This document shows, one piece after another, positions 42,901-62,552 of a stretch of DNA of 64,000 nucleotides. The notes beneath the pieces are model-generated. The model was not told the DNA's origin, ran no database searches, and saw nothing but the letters and a program-made list of their open reading frames with translations. The translations under genes and the position numbers were made by a program. Origin of the DNA: the human T2T-CHM13v2.0 reference genome, Homo sapiens; the NCBI RefSeq assembly GCF_009914755.1, contig NC_060947.1; one strand, given 5' to 3'. How positions within the stretch are numbered: the first letter of the stretch is position 1; every line of letters begins with the position of its first letter.

Positions 42901-43325
42901 TGCTGCCACCAGGAGACACAACAACAATTTCATTGAACTGTACATTAAGATTGCCACTTGGCCACTTTGGGATCCTTCTACCTCTATGTCAACAGGCTAA
43001 GAAGAGAATTACAGTGTTGTCTGGGGTGACTGACCAGGGCTATCAAGTTAAAATCAGTCTACTACTCCACAGTGGAGGTAAGGAAGAGTATGTGTGGAAT
43101 ACAGAAACATTTTTAGGGTATCTCTTAGTATTACCATGCCCTGTGATTAAGGTCAATGGGAAATTACAACAGTCCAATCCAGGCAGGACTACAAATGGCC
43201 CAGACCTTTCAGGAATGAAGGTTTTGGTCATTGCACCAGGTAAAAAAACACAACCTGCTAAAGTGCGTGCTGAAGGTAAAGGGAATACAGAATGGGTAGT
43301 AGAGAAAAGCCGTCATCAAAATTAG
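42900..43325 (+). pseudogene. dut: HERV-L dUTPase remnant
   Basis: LRLPLGHFG...GVTDQGYQVKISLLLHSGG after integrase, the position typical of ERV-L dUTPase. Confidence 0.8.
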
Positions 43326-44116
43326 CTACAACCACGTGACCAGTTGCAGAATCAAGGACCGTAATTGTCATGAGTATTTTCTTCTTATTTTGTTAAGAAC
43401 ATGTTTGTGCATGTATACACTGTACTAAGAAAATATCTTCAATTTATTTCCTTTTTATTTTATCATGTGACATAAGATTTATTGACTTCATATCAACATT
43501 TAAGTGTTATTAACTATGTAATAGCATTTGTGTTAGCGATTGTGCATTTCCTACTGTACAAAAGACAGTTGTATTATGTTAGGTGTAATTATGACCTTAT
43601 TATTGTCTTTACTTAAGATTATGTATGATTTCAGGAGATGTGTATGAGTTCAAGTTGACAAGGGGTGGACTTGTGATGGTTAATGTTGAGGGTCAACTTG
43701 ATTGGATCGAGGATGCAAAGTATTGCTCCTGAGTGTGTCTATGAGGGTGTTGCCAAAGGAGATTAACATTTGAATAATTGGATTGGGAAAGGCAGATCCA
43801 CCCTCAATATGGGTGGGCACAATCTAATCAGCTGCCAGTGCGGCCAGAATAAAAGCAGGCAAAAGAAAATGAAAAGACTAGACTAGTTTAGTCTTCTGGC
43901 CTACATCTTTCTCCCATGCTGGAAGCTTCCTGCCCTTGAACATCAGACTCCAAGTTCTTCAGCTTTGGGAACCGGACTAGCTTCCTTGCTCCTCAGCTTG
44001 CAGACATCTTATTGTGAGACCTCACCTTGTGATTGTGTGAATCAGTATTCCCTAATAAATTCCCCTTTATATATACATCTATCCTATTAGGTCTGTCCCT
44101 CTAGAGAACCCTAATA

Positions 44117-45826
44117 GATACACAAAAAGTAAATGAAAAGACATCTGTGTTGTTAAGAGGACAATAGTCCCCAAAGCGACATACAGGTTCAATATAATTT
44201 GATTTTTCTTTAATATATAACTTTTTTAATAGAGATGTGGTCTATGTTGCCCAGGCTGTCCTGAACTCCTGGGCTCAAGCAATCTTCCTGCCTTCACCTC
44301 CCAAAGTGCTAAGATTGCAAACATGGGCCACAATGCCCAGCCCAGAATTTTTTTAATGGCCTTTTAAAAAAATGCATGATTTTAAAAATAGAATTATCTA
44401 TTCTAAAATTCACATGGATTTTCACGATACCCTGAATAGCAAAAAGTAATCTCAAAAAGAAACACAAGAAACAAAGTGGAGGACTCACATGTCCTGATTT
44501 CAAAACTTACTATAGTACACAAAACATAGTATGGTTCTCACATAGGGATATACATAAAGGCCAAGAGAATAGAAATGAGAGCTCGGAAGTAAACCTTCGC
44601 ATATATCACTAATTGATTTATAACAAAGTGCCAAGGCTATTCAATGTGGAATGAAAGTTGTTCAACAAATGGAGCTGATAAAACTGGATATGCAAATGTA
44701 TTGAATGATGTGAAATCCTTACTTTACAGCGTATCTGAAAATAGCTCAAAATGAATGAAAGACCTAAATTGAAGAGGTGAGACTCCAAAATTCTTAGTAG
44801 AAATCATAGGAACAAATTTTCATGACCCTTTATTTGGCAATAGTTACTTAAATATCATACCAAAACTACAATTAAGAGAAAAAAAAGGTAAATTCGACTT
44901 CATAAAAATTAACTTTTGTATATCAAAGGACACTATCAAGAGAATGAAAACACAACCCACAGAATTGAAGAATATATTTGCAGATAATATCTTAAGATTT
45001 AACATCTAGAATGTATAAAGAACTCTTACAAAAAGGTAACTCAATTAAAAATGGTCAAAGTACTTCAACAGACATTGTTCCACAGAAGATATATAAATGG
45101 CTAATAAGCATATGAAAATATTCTTAACATCATTAGTCTTATGAAAATGCAAATCAAAACTACAATGAGATACCACTTCCCACCCACTAGAATGGCTACT
45201 AAAAAATATTCAAAAATAACATCAATTGTAACGGATGTGGGGAAATTGGAACTTTTTGCATTACTTGTGCAAATGCAAAATGTTGCAGCCTCCATCAAAA
45301 GCAGAGTTTGAGAGTTCCTCAAAAAGTTAAAATGTAGAATTACCATGAGGGACTCAAACTGATAGTTGTACATGAATGTGCATAGTAACATTATTCACAA
45401 TAGTCAATAGGTGGAAATAACCTGTGTGCATCAATGGATGAATGGATAAAAAATGTATATTTATATAATAGAATATTATTCAGGCATTAAAAGGGATGAA
45501 GTTTTGATACACACTGCAACATAGATAAACCTTAAAAACATCTATTTTAAATAAAGTAAGCCAGACACGAAAGGACAAAAATGAACCATGTAAAACAGAC
45601 AAAAATGTAGAGATAGAAAATAGAGGTTTCCAGTGGTTGGCAGGAGAAGCACTGGAGATTTATTGCTTAACAGGTTTATAGTATTTGCTTAGTGTGATGA
45701 AAAATTTCTAGAAATATACAGTGGTTTTGGTGCAGAATATTGTGAATTTGTTGAATGCCACTGAACTGTACAGTTAAAAATGGTTCAAATGGAACATTTT
45801 ATGTCATATTTTACCACATCAAAAAA
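44117..45826 (+). mobile_element. Old L1 (L1MB-like) segment 3: ORF2 3' part and 3' UTR
   Basis: ORF2 resumes at WKDI-like codons; 3' end AATGCCACTGAACTGTACAGTTAAAAATGG...TTTTACCAC. Confidence 0.85.
44222..44343 (-). mobile_element. FLAM / AluJ left monomer
   Basis: About 120 bp, GAACTCCTGGGCTCAAGCAATCTTCCTGCC. Confidence 0.88.
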
Positions 45827-45849
45827 TGTATAATCTCTGAAAGAAGAGT

Positions 45850-47520
45850 AAACATCTGAACAGGCGAGTTAATTTTGAAACAACCAAGAAGAAAGCATAC
45901 TTAGAACTCCACAAACTGCAATTATATATATATTGTCAGACATGAAATATAGAGTAGCTAAGCACAAAATGTTTAAAGAGTAAAAGGTGAAATTACAAAG
46001 ATCATTTAGTAAGAAAATATCAGAAAACAATAGGCATACTTGAACAAAGTGAAACTTCCCGAAATGAAAAACTATATATTCAGTGTAATAACAAAACTCA
46101 AATCCAGGGATTAAATGGCAGATTGCAATTTTCACTAGAAAATAAATTTGAAGAACTTATTCAGAGTGCAGTTAAAGATATAAGATGGAGAATATAAAAA
46201 AGAGGTTAAAAGAAATGGAAGATAGACTGAGAATGTGTAACATTTGACTGATTAGGTTTACCAAGAGAAAATGAAAAAGAAAAATGAAATACAAAAATCA
46301 AAACTGAAAAAAAAATTGTGGCTTCCATTTCTAATAATAGTCATATGGATATTCCAGAAATAATAAAAAAAAATTAGATTTAAGATATAATACATAGATT
46401 TAATTAGATTACATTTAATTGATTAGATTTCAGATATAATAATAGATTTAAGATATATAAGATATAAATGTATTATATCTTAAATCTAATCTTACTAAAT
46501 TTAAAATCATTTGTAAAAACTATTGTGGAGATATCTGTAGAAATTTCAAGACACCAAATGAATTGCGTATGTGATAAATATAAATAAATCATCACTAGGT
46601 ATGTTCTAATAAAATTTCAGAACACCAAAGATGAAGATAAATTTTAAAAGTAGCCAGAGGAAAAAGGTGAATTACCTTTAAAAGGTTACAGTTTAACAAG
46701 AAGTCTGACTTTTCAACTACAAAGATTTTCAGAATAATATCTTCAGTATGCTGAATGAAGTTTTAAAAAGCAGCTGCCAAAAGAGTTTTAAACTGTGTAG
46801 GTATATTTCAAGACTAAAGGGAAATGAAAACATCTGTAGATAATGAAATCTGTAATTACCAACTGAACTTAAGGATATGCTTCAAGTGGAAGAAAAGTTA
46901 ATTGAAATGGAGGGTCTGAGATGTAAGACAGAATGAGAAATAAATAAAATAGCAAATATATAAATAAATCTAGATGAACACTGACTGCAAAAAGCTACAA
47001 TAATGATAACATCTTTGGGCATTTAAAAAGATAATTAAAATAAGTAAGAGGAGTGACAAATTCTTTGGGAGGTGATTAAATTGAATGAAAGTATTCTAAG
47101 GTACTTGCACAGTCACAAGGGGTGAAAAAAGGTTTTGTTTATAGTAAGACTTTGTCAAGTAGGCATATGTAATTTCCAGGTTACCCATAAAAAATTCAAA
47201 ACAGAAAGTGAAATTTCCAAATTAGTAGAGAAAAAAGTGACATAATAAAAATTATTCAATTCAAAATGAGGCAAAAAAGAAGAGACAAAGAAACACGGGA
47301 TATTTAGTACAAATAAAAATCACAACATAATACAGTTCATTAAAACTCAAATTTGTTAGTAATTCCATTGATTATATATGAATTATGTGTTCCATTTATG
47401 AAGCAAAATATCAGAAGAAAAATCCACCCATATACTGTTTTAAAGAAACATTTAAGACATAAGAATACAGAAAGTTTGGCAGTAAATGAATCAAAAATGA
47501 AATAATGAGTCTACGTGAGG
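45850..47520 (+). mobile_element. Very old L1 (L1ME-like) ORF1 and spacer
   Basis: A-rich degenerate ORF1 text GAAATGGAAGATAGACTGAGAA, AATTTTAAAAGTAGCCAGAGGAAAAA. Confidence 0.65.
46373..46490. repeat. Perfect 23-bp inverted repeat around degenerate direct copies of the same motif
   Basis: ATTAGATTTAAGATATAATACAT (46373-46395) and ATGTATTATATCTTAAATCTAAT (46468-46490). Confidence 0.9.
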
Positions 47521-48179
47521 ATAATCAATGTTCACTGAAATATTAGGGTGAAATGCTGATGGAGAACTTTATAATAGATATACCAGGTCTATAACACCTG
47601 AGCCTAATCAAATGTAACACCATAAAAGTGAAATATCCAGACGCTATCCACCAGATTATAGGAAATGCAAAGCAAAAGAATATTAAAAGACATAAAGATG
47701 ACTCAATCTTGCAATTCCAGAACATGGGAACTTCTAAAAGATAAATTGTTTTAATCAATATGTAGTAAAAAGGGAAAGGGAACTGTTATTGAATAAAAGT
47801 GACATCGTGACCAAATGTAATGTAATAACTTTGGACACTGCTTGAAGAAACCAACTATAAAAATTCATATTGAGTCAGTCAAGAACATGTTTATATTGAC
47901 TGGAATTTTATTACTTTAAGGATTAGTATTAATTTTTCAGTGTAGTAATGGATTGTAGTTATAGTAAAAAAAAAGTTCTTATTTTTGAAATTTACATTGA
48001 ATTATTGATGAATAAAATTATGTGATATTTGGAATTTTCTTTAACATAATTTTCATTATTAATAATAAAATCATGAAAAGGAACAACTCTTGTTGAATGC
48101 ACATTGGAACTCTGTTGAAGCAGGCATTTCTGACCTAGGGGGAAAAAAAACATAAAAGAGAAGATTTTTATGTGATAAA

Positions 48180-48560
48180 TACAGGTGGTTGCCAGGGGCT
48201 GCCGGGTGGGGAAAATGGGGAGATGTTAGTCAAATGGTACAAAGTTTCAGTTGTGCAGGATGAGTAAATAAGCTCTGGAGATCCAGTGTACAACATGATG
48301 ACTATAGTTAATAATACTGTATTATATACTTAAAATTTTCTGAGTAGGTTTGAAACGTTCTCGCCATACACACACAGAAAAGGGTAACTGTGAGGTGATG
48401 AATACGTATTCAAGCTAATCACGTAATTAGCTCGATTGTGGTATTTATTTCACAATGTATAAGTAAATTAATAAATCACATTGTACTCAACTATATATAT
48501 TTTTTGTCAATTATACCTCAATAAAGCTGGGGAAAATGTAAAAATAAATAAATAAATTAC
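48180..48560 (+). mobile_element. L1MA/L1MB 3' end
   Basis: GGTGGTTGCCAGGGGCTG...GACTATAGTTAATAATACTGTATT...CCTCAATAAAGCTGG and A-rich tail. Confidence 0.85.
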
Positions 48561-51329
48561 CGAAAAAACCCAAACATCCATAAATGAAAATGATACCAAA
48601 TCTGGCGCCACTTTTTACAATGGATGTAAAAGTCAAGAGTTAAAATCTTTAACATGCATGCTTACTATGTCGAAAGATCACGTACATGAAAACAAACATA
48701 CTTTATTGTGATTTTTTTGAATGTAAGCGATGAAAATCCATCATAAAATAGCTTATGTAAAACAGGGAATGTAGCAACCTGTATAATAGAGGAAGACTAA
48801 GAGTAGTTTCGGTTTCAGGCCTGACAATACCAAGATATTCAAAAGCTGTTTTCTGTTTGGCTCTCCCTCATTCTTTTGGCTCTGCTTCACTTTGTGAACT
48901 GTGTGTTCCCTCATTCTCTTCTCCTACATGTGAGTTTCCCTCATGTGGCCTATAAGAAGTTGGAAGACAGAGCAATACATATCCATGGAAAAATATAAAT
49001 GATTAGCAATAATGTTGGTTCAATTATAGTTATTTAATACATTCCAACTTTGCTTGACTATGAGAAATAATGCTATAGACACATATTTAATTATGTAGCA
49101 GTGTTGTGAAAGTGCCTTCAGATATATAAATGCAATGTCTTTTTTTATTGTCTACAATTGATTTGACTTTTATTTTAGGACCTGTTCATGACCCTATTAG
49201 ATAGCAATAAAAATAATAAAAGCCACCCCCCACCCAAGGTTGAATATAATCCTGTAATCTCATTTTACTCCAATAACTTAAACTATCTCTTTAGGTAATT
49301 CAGTTCATGTCTCCTTGGAAGACCCAAGTACCTCAGTTTTTAGTGTTCTGCCTCCCTCTTCTTGATCCTCTCTCAGATGGCTTGTGGGTATGTTTAGAAT
49401 TGAAGTGGATGTGGCTTATGTGACCCTCCGGGCAATAAAAGGGATATGGGATGTCCTGCATTCTTATGGAACCCTTTGGACTTCCGTTGTTCTCTCTGGA
49501 TACTCAGCAGTTTGTGCTGCTTCCTAGAATGATGAGTGCTGGTGTGCAACTGGTCTCATTTGCCCTCCTATGTGTGATGTGCTGCACCTACTTGTTGAGC
49601 TCATGTTCTTGGATATTGGCCCCTAATCTTGAATTCCCAATTCATGATAATTTCTCTTCATTACAATCCCAGGTTTCTGCTGCTCCAAAAGTGTCCTATT
49701 AACTCCACATAGCATCCTCAGTGAGGTACACTGAAACATCTAAGTCCCAATTTTCCAGGCCATAGGGAATCAGAAACTTTGACTCAGGTTCATCAAACTA
49801 TTTATCTAATACCTGCACCTCAACAGCATAGCTCAAACTTTGTGTTGAAAGTAAGGGCATGTGAGGATTCTTCTAGAGGTTTGCAGCCTCTGCCTAGTGT
49901 GTCAATAATCTTAATATTTACATCCATCTGACTCCTCCACCTCTATCTATTTGTTCTAGTAGGGGTTTGTGAAAGTCCTGGTGTCTAATCTCCTAACCCT
50001 CTTTGTGTCTCAATTTTTCTTCCCAGAATTTCCTGGAACAAGAATGAGCTAGATTTCTTTTCTTTTCCCATCTTGGTAATATTGTTATTTGAAACTTTAT
50101 AATCAAATCAATTAAGTCTGCCTCTTAATTTCTTAAATGGGAGATAAAGTTACTAAACTATTTCCTCTTGTCTGAGCTTTAACAATAATTCCCTTGCTAA
50201 ATAATTTGAGAAAGTCAATTTTGACACTCACGACTAATCAAGGAAATTGATCACATTTAGCCAAAGAAATTTGATTCCTGAGAGGACTGGAGGTACAAAG
50301 TTGCAAATAAGCAGTGTTTAAGAAAGGAGGAGAATATTTGAATGCTTTAACTTTTCTAAAATACAATTTACTATAAGGGGATACTTGAAAATATTGCTAC
50401 ATGAAAGGAGAGGCAGATGAGGATGGTACTTTTTATGATTTAAATAAAAAGTGGAGGATCATGCGTAATTTTGGTTTTCGTGATTTATCATAAGTCATGT
50501 CACACTGAACTCTAATTACTTTATCAATATAAAAATTATACAGTAATAGTTCAGGCAGACAAGTAAAACAAGCATGTAGGATAAACTGATCTGAGGACTT
50601 GAAGTAATTTCCATCGTAGCATAAGGCAGATACTTTTTCAGTGCCCTGAATGTTGTTTATTATGGATACTGGTAATAATTCTTCTGAGTGTATCAGAATC
50701 ACCAGTAGAGCACTGATGAAAAGTGATACTAATAGATAGGAGTAGGTAAGGGAGTTTTCTTATGGAAAGGAGTGAGAATGAAAGGTAAATATAGAAAAAA
50801 TAAAGATAGAGGAAAAAGATTATGACATAACATTTCAGATAATCAAATGAGATTGAAAAGAAAGATTATATAATTCTACCACATAGCCAGTGAAATTCTA
50901 ACTTTTAACCATAGCTTCTTCCAACTGGTTCAGCTGAATCCTTGACATCAATTCTTCTGATTCACTGTTATCCAAAATGATCTGTAAATACTTAGTTTGC
51001 CTATTCAGTTAATATTCAGCTGGACACCTTTTCCAGAGTTCAATCTCTTATTTTTTCATTTTCCCGTTAGTGCCCTCTATTTGGATACTCATCTTAAGTA
51101 TTTTGTATTATTGTTTTATTATGCACAGCATTTCTGGTTCAAAATCATCATCTTCAATTTGAACGGATAATTCCAACATCACATCGCTTAACATTCTCAC
51201 TAGTAAGTTTATCCTACCCACTATCAGATCTAGCACTATAGCAAAATGATGAGCCAACAACTCAAACCTGATTATTATGAATCCAATTACTGGCATTTTT
51301 CAGTCTGTCTAGTTCTAGCTCAATGTTTT

Positions 51330-53200
51330 TTCTCCCCCAAACAATGTATAGATTCAAAGAAATCCTAATCAAAATTACAGCCAGCTGTTTTTGAAATTGA
51401 CCAGATGATTATTAATTTATATGTACTTGCAAAGGGTTAAAAATAGCCAGGATAGCTTGAGGATGAAAATTATGCTTTATTTAAAAAGATATGATAATTA
51501 AGATGGTGTGATTTTTTTAATAAGAATAGGACAATGAAGGAAATAAAAATTCCAGAGCCCAAAAACAGACCTACATAAAGTCATCTGATTTACTTCAAAG
51601 GTGACACATCAGAATAGTGGGGTAAGAAATTTCCGTTCAAAAAATGATGCTGTACTAATTGTATATCCACATATTTTAAAAAATTGACATTTTTTAATGC
51701 CGTAGAATTTGAAGAGTGAAAAGAATAAAAAATCTTTTCAGAACTGGAGGGGAAAAAAAAAGCAGCTCTATTGTTAATAAGTCTGGGAGGACAGGCAGAG
51801 AGAAAGTCAGATATAGTCTCAAAAAAAATGTAACATTGTTTCTTCCAAGGTCTTGCAACAGTTGTGACATTCAATAAGGGCCACCTCTTTGGGCGACCAC
51901 TGCTTTCTTACTATCGACATATCCAGACCAGATTTTCTATTTTTATGTGTTACTAGGGAAAACCCAATTGCTTTTGTCAGTAACCAATCCCCAGTTAATC
52001 TGTACTTATTTTAATCCATCCTCAGAAATAACAACCATACTTCCATTAGACTGCCCTCAGAATCCTTCAGTGGTAACTCAAACTTTGCAAAAGACACTTC
52101 CTTCTATCTTGTCAGATGGCATTCCACTAGTCCTCTGAAATACCCTTCCATTCCAGTGAGTCAATAAATCTGATTTTGTCACACTACAGGCTTGTTCCTG
52201 TTGATCTTTAACAGGAGTTTGGACACTCTAAATATGAAATGTAAAATGAGAAACTTCTGGAATATAACATAGAAAAATGTCTTTATGACCTTGAGATAGG
52301 CAACGACTTATTAAAAAGAAAACAAATAAAACAAATCTCACTAGGAGCAAAGAGAACAATTGATAATTTGTACTACATTAAAATTCAGAATTTCTTTTCA
52401 CCAAAACACAGCATAAAGCAAAAGAAAATGCAAGCCAAAAATGCATGCAACCCAACATTTGAAATATGTTTAACTGGAAATATCTATTATGGACAAAGTT
52501 ACTTGTGTCCATAATGTATACAAATTTTCTAGAAATTAATAAGAGACAGTCAACCTAATAGGAAAATGAAAACAGACTTTTTGAGACAATTTGGAAAGAG
52601 GATATCAGTATTGGTGAAATTGGTAAAATTACTTTGTAGAACTGTTCATGAACTATTAAACCTGAATATCTGCATAGGTTTTGAACCAGCACTTCCAATC
52701 ATGGGTCTATTACCTACAGAAATGGGTACGTATGTGCACCAGAAGGCAAGTGCCAAACCATCTATAGCACAACAGGTCCTAACATCCAGAAACTAGAAAT
52801 TACTGTAATTGCCATTAACAATAAAATGAGCCAAAGAACATGTTTATTTGCAGGAGATGTAACACAATGGAATACTATGAATGATCAATAGAGGAAAAAG
52901 TGCTACTACATGCAATAACATAGATGAATTTCACAAATATATTATTGAACAACAAAAATGCTAGTCACAAGATAATACATACTGTATGATTCGATTAATA
53001 TGAATTTCAAAAACAGACAAAAGTAACTTACAATGTTAGAAAAGAGGGTGGCAATAGTGATAGGTATGGGGCACAAAGAGAGCTTAGATACTGGAAGAAA
53101 TTCAATATGTATTGACTTAAATGGCCAATTCAGCTACCTGCACATTTATGGTTTGGTAACATTACTGTCTGTAGGTTATTCGTTTTTTAGATACTAATTT
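51330..53200 (+). mobile_element. L1ME-like ORF2 3' part and 3' UTR, interrupted near 51770-52215
   Basis: Degenerate L1 3' motifs TATAGATTCAAAGAAATCCTAATCAAAAT, AATACATACTGTATGATTC. Confidence 0.7.
51772..52213 (+). mobile_element. Probable old solo LTR
   Basis: About 440-bp block TGTT...AATAAA...TTTAACA interrupting L1; no TSD seen, family not recognised. Confidence 0.45.
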
Positions 53201-53708
53201 TTTAAAGGACAGTTAAGCACAGACAGGAGGCAATTCACAACCCTAGTACAAAGAAAATAGCAAAAACCAAAGTGAGTCTACATAATTGAGAGATTCTCAG
53301 TTCCCAAAGTGTATTCAATATTTTCTTTTCATTGTCACCCATATAAAATAAGACTTTATATGTGAGAGATTATCTGGGAAGTGACAGGACAGTTGAGGTT
53401 TTCCCTGGGAGATTTTTCAATCATTACTGGGTGAATAGGGCACTTTAGGTATGTTGATTAAGAATAAAAGGAAAAAAAATTGCACAGCATTTCTCTAACG
53501 TTTGCATCTAATCTGTTAAACTTTAGTTGAGTTTTGCAAGATTGTCATCTGGGAACACCACTTCAAAAAAGTAGTTGATTAACATAATCTCTTGATTAAT
53601 TCAGAGGTGTGAATCCCAATCCCTTAGCAAATGAATTGGTAGGTAATGATTAATGATCAGGAAAAAGACAGGAAATTGGGCAAAATGTGAAAAAAAAAAA
53701 ATTAGTAC

Positions 53709-54094
53709 CTACATCAGTTTGCTAGGACTGCCATAACAAAGTACCACAGACTAAGAGGCTTTAACAAGAGAAATATATTTACTTTCAGTTCTGAGGGCTA
53801 CAAGTCTGAGGTGAAGGTGTTGGCAGAGTTATTTATGTTGGCATAATTGCCTGTTTGTCTTGCAGATGGCTGTCTTCTTGTGTCTTCACATGCTCTCTCT
53901 GTGTGCACCTGTGTCCTAATTTCCTCTACTTATAAAGATAACAGTCACATAGAATTAGAGCTTGTTGAAGTGACCTCATGTAACCTCAATTACCAATATA
54001 AAGGCCTTACTTTCAAATACAATCATATCCTGGGGTACTGGGGTTTAGGACTTCAACATATTAATTTTAGGGAGACAAAGTTCATGCTGTAACA
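53709..54094 (-). mobile_element. MLT1A/B-like solo LTR
   Basis: AGTTTGCTAGGACTGCCATAACAAAGTACCACAGACT...GGACTTCAACATAT. Confidence 0.85.
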
Positions 54095-54443
54095 TTACAT
54101 ATAACTTTACATTGAAAATTAATGTAAAAATAGCCCATAATTATTTTTTAAATTATTTTTAAACATTGTTCAAGAGTAGTTATGCCCATAAAAGTGGAAA
54201 TCATCATGTCAAGGCAAACAAATTGACAAAAATCTAAGTGAGCAAACACAATTGAAAATACCTCCTTAGTTACTGTTATAGATTGAATCATGTCCCCTTT
54301 CCACAAATTGGTATGTCGAAGCTTTAACCTCGTATGTTATATTTGGACATAGGATCATTAAAGAGATAATTAAGATAAAGTGAGGGCCTAAGGGTGAAGC
54401 CCTAATCCATTAGCACTGTTGTCCTTATATAAAAAGGAAGAAA

Positions 54444-54445
<2 letters not shown>

Positions 54446-54502
<57 letters not shown>
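54446..54502. repeat. Compound (AC)n(GA)n microsatellite
   Basis: About 17 AC units followed by 11 GA units. Confidence 0.97.
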
Positions 54503-54633
54503 AAGGCAATGTTAGTACCCAGAAAGAAAATGGCCATCCACAAGCTAAAGAAATAAAGAGGCCTCAGGAGAAACCAACCCTGCTAGCACCTTCATCCTGA
54601 ACTTCCACCCTCAAGAACAGTGAGAAATAAATT

Positions 54634-55068
54634 TGTCTTAGTCCATGGCAGGTGAATAAAACATAATATCTTAGACTGGGTAATTTATAAATAACAGAAA
54701 TTTAATTGTCACAGATGTGGAGGTTGGGGAGCCCAAGATTAAGGAGTCAACAGTTTTGGTGTCTGGTGAGGGCTGGCTCCTCATAGCCACTGTTTTCCTC
54801 ACAGAATACTCTTGTGGCAGAAAATATGTGAATACTGAGTCCTCACATGACAAAAGGAGCAAAAGGATAAAGGGCAAAAAAGGGTAAAGCCTGTGTCCTC
54901 ACACGGCAGAAGAGATGGACCAGCAAAAAGGAGCTAATGTGCTCACTACAACCTCTCTGATAAGTGTTCTGTGCATAAGGGTAGAGCAATCACTTCCACA
55001 AAAGTCCTTCCTTTTAATACTATTACATTGGCTATTAGGTTCCAACATATGAATTTTCAAATCACAGC
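54634..55068 (-). mobile_element. MST (MSTC/D-like) solo LTR
   Basis: TGTCTTAGTCCAT...AGACTGGGTAATTTATAAATAACAGAAATTT...CAACATATGAATTTT. Confidence 0.8.
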
Positions 55069-55274
55069 ATTGTTATTTAAGGCATCTAGTCATTGGTGTT
55101 TTATTATGCAGTGCTAGCAGACTAATACAGTTACCCAAATATATTTAGTTTCCTTTTCACAGGGTATTATGTATGGAAAGCACATGTTTAAATAAGGGAG
55201 AGGACTGGCACATCACCAAGATTTTGAGTTTTGTTTAATGATTTCATTATTCTTTTTTATATCACGCATTCAAT

Positions 55275-62182
<6,908 letters not shown>

Positions 62183-62477
62183 ACCAGAAAACTCTATAAA
62201 AATCTATGCTGAGTAATTACGATAGGATCCTTGATTCTGGCAATCCCACTTTTAGGTATTTATTCAAAAGAAATGACAACATATGTCCATACAAATACCT
62301 GTACACATATGTTCATTATAACTTTATTGTAACAGCCAAATACCCCAGCAGCCAGCCCCCAACCAGTACCAGGGACCACCCAAACTCCCGTTTTTGATTT
62401 TTGATACATACTTTCATCGAAATGTTGGTAAAATAAACATGGTGTCTCTAGTGGGATAAAACTTTCACACAATGTAT

Positions 62478-62552
62478 AGATATGTATGTGTGTATATATA
62501 TATATACACACATACATATTCATATTTATACATATATGCTTTTTATGTATAC
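62478..62552. repeat. (TA/TG/CA)n low-complexity repeat
   Basis: TATGTATGTGTGTATATATATATATACACACATACATA. Confidence 0.85.

Larger units (their letters stand above)
37608..44116 (+). mobile_element. Near full-length HERV-L provirus with two MLT2A LTRs (37608-38059; 43672 to about 44116)
   Basis: Both LTRs start TGTGATGGTTAAT; internal starts TTTTGGTACCAGAAGTGG; PPT AAGGGGTGGAC before 3' LTR; gag-pro-pol-dut order, no env. Confidence 0.97.
54274..55129 (+). mobile_element. MLT1A-C-like solo LTR interrupted by an MST LTR
   Basis: TGTTATAGATTGAAT start, CAGACTAATACA end, 5-bp TSD GTTAC (54269-54273, 55130-55134). Confidence 0.88.

Noticed and set aside
49200-50050. Possible ancient ERVL internal remnant on the minus strand
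   Set aside because: No convincing conserved motif; not supportable from inspection alone.
50910-50990. Possible 72-nt minus-strand coding exon (IILDNSESEELMSRIQLNQLEEAM after TTTACAG)
   Set aside because: No polypyrimidine tract, weak GTTAAA donor, no partner exons, protein not recognised.
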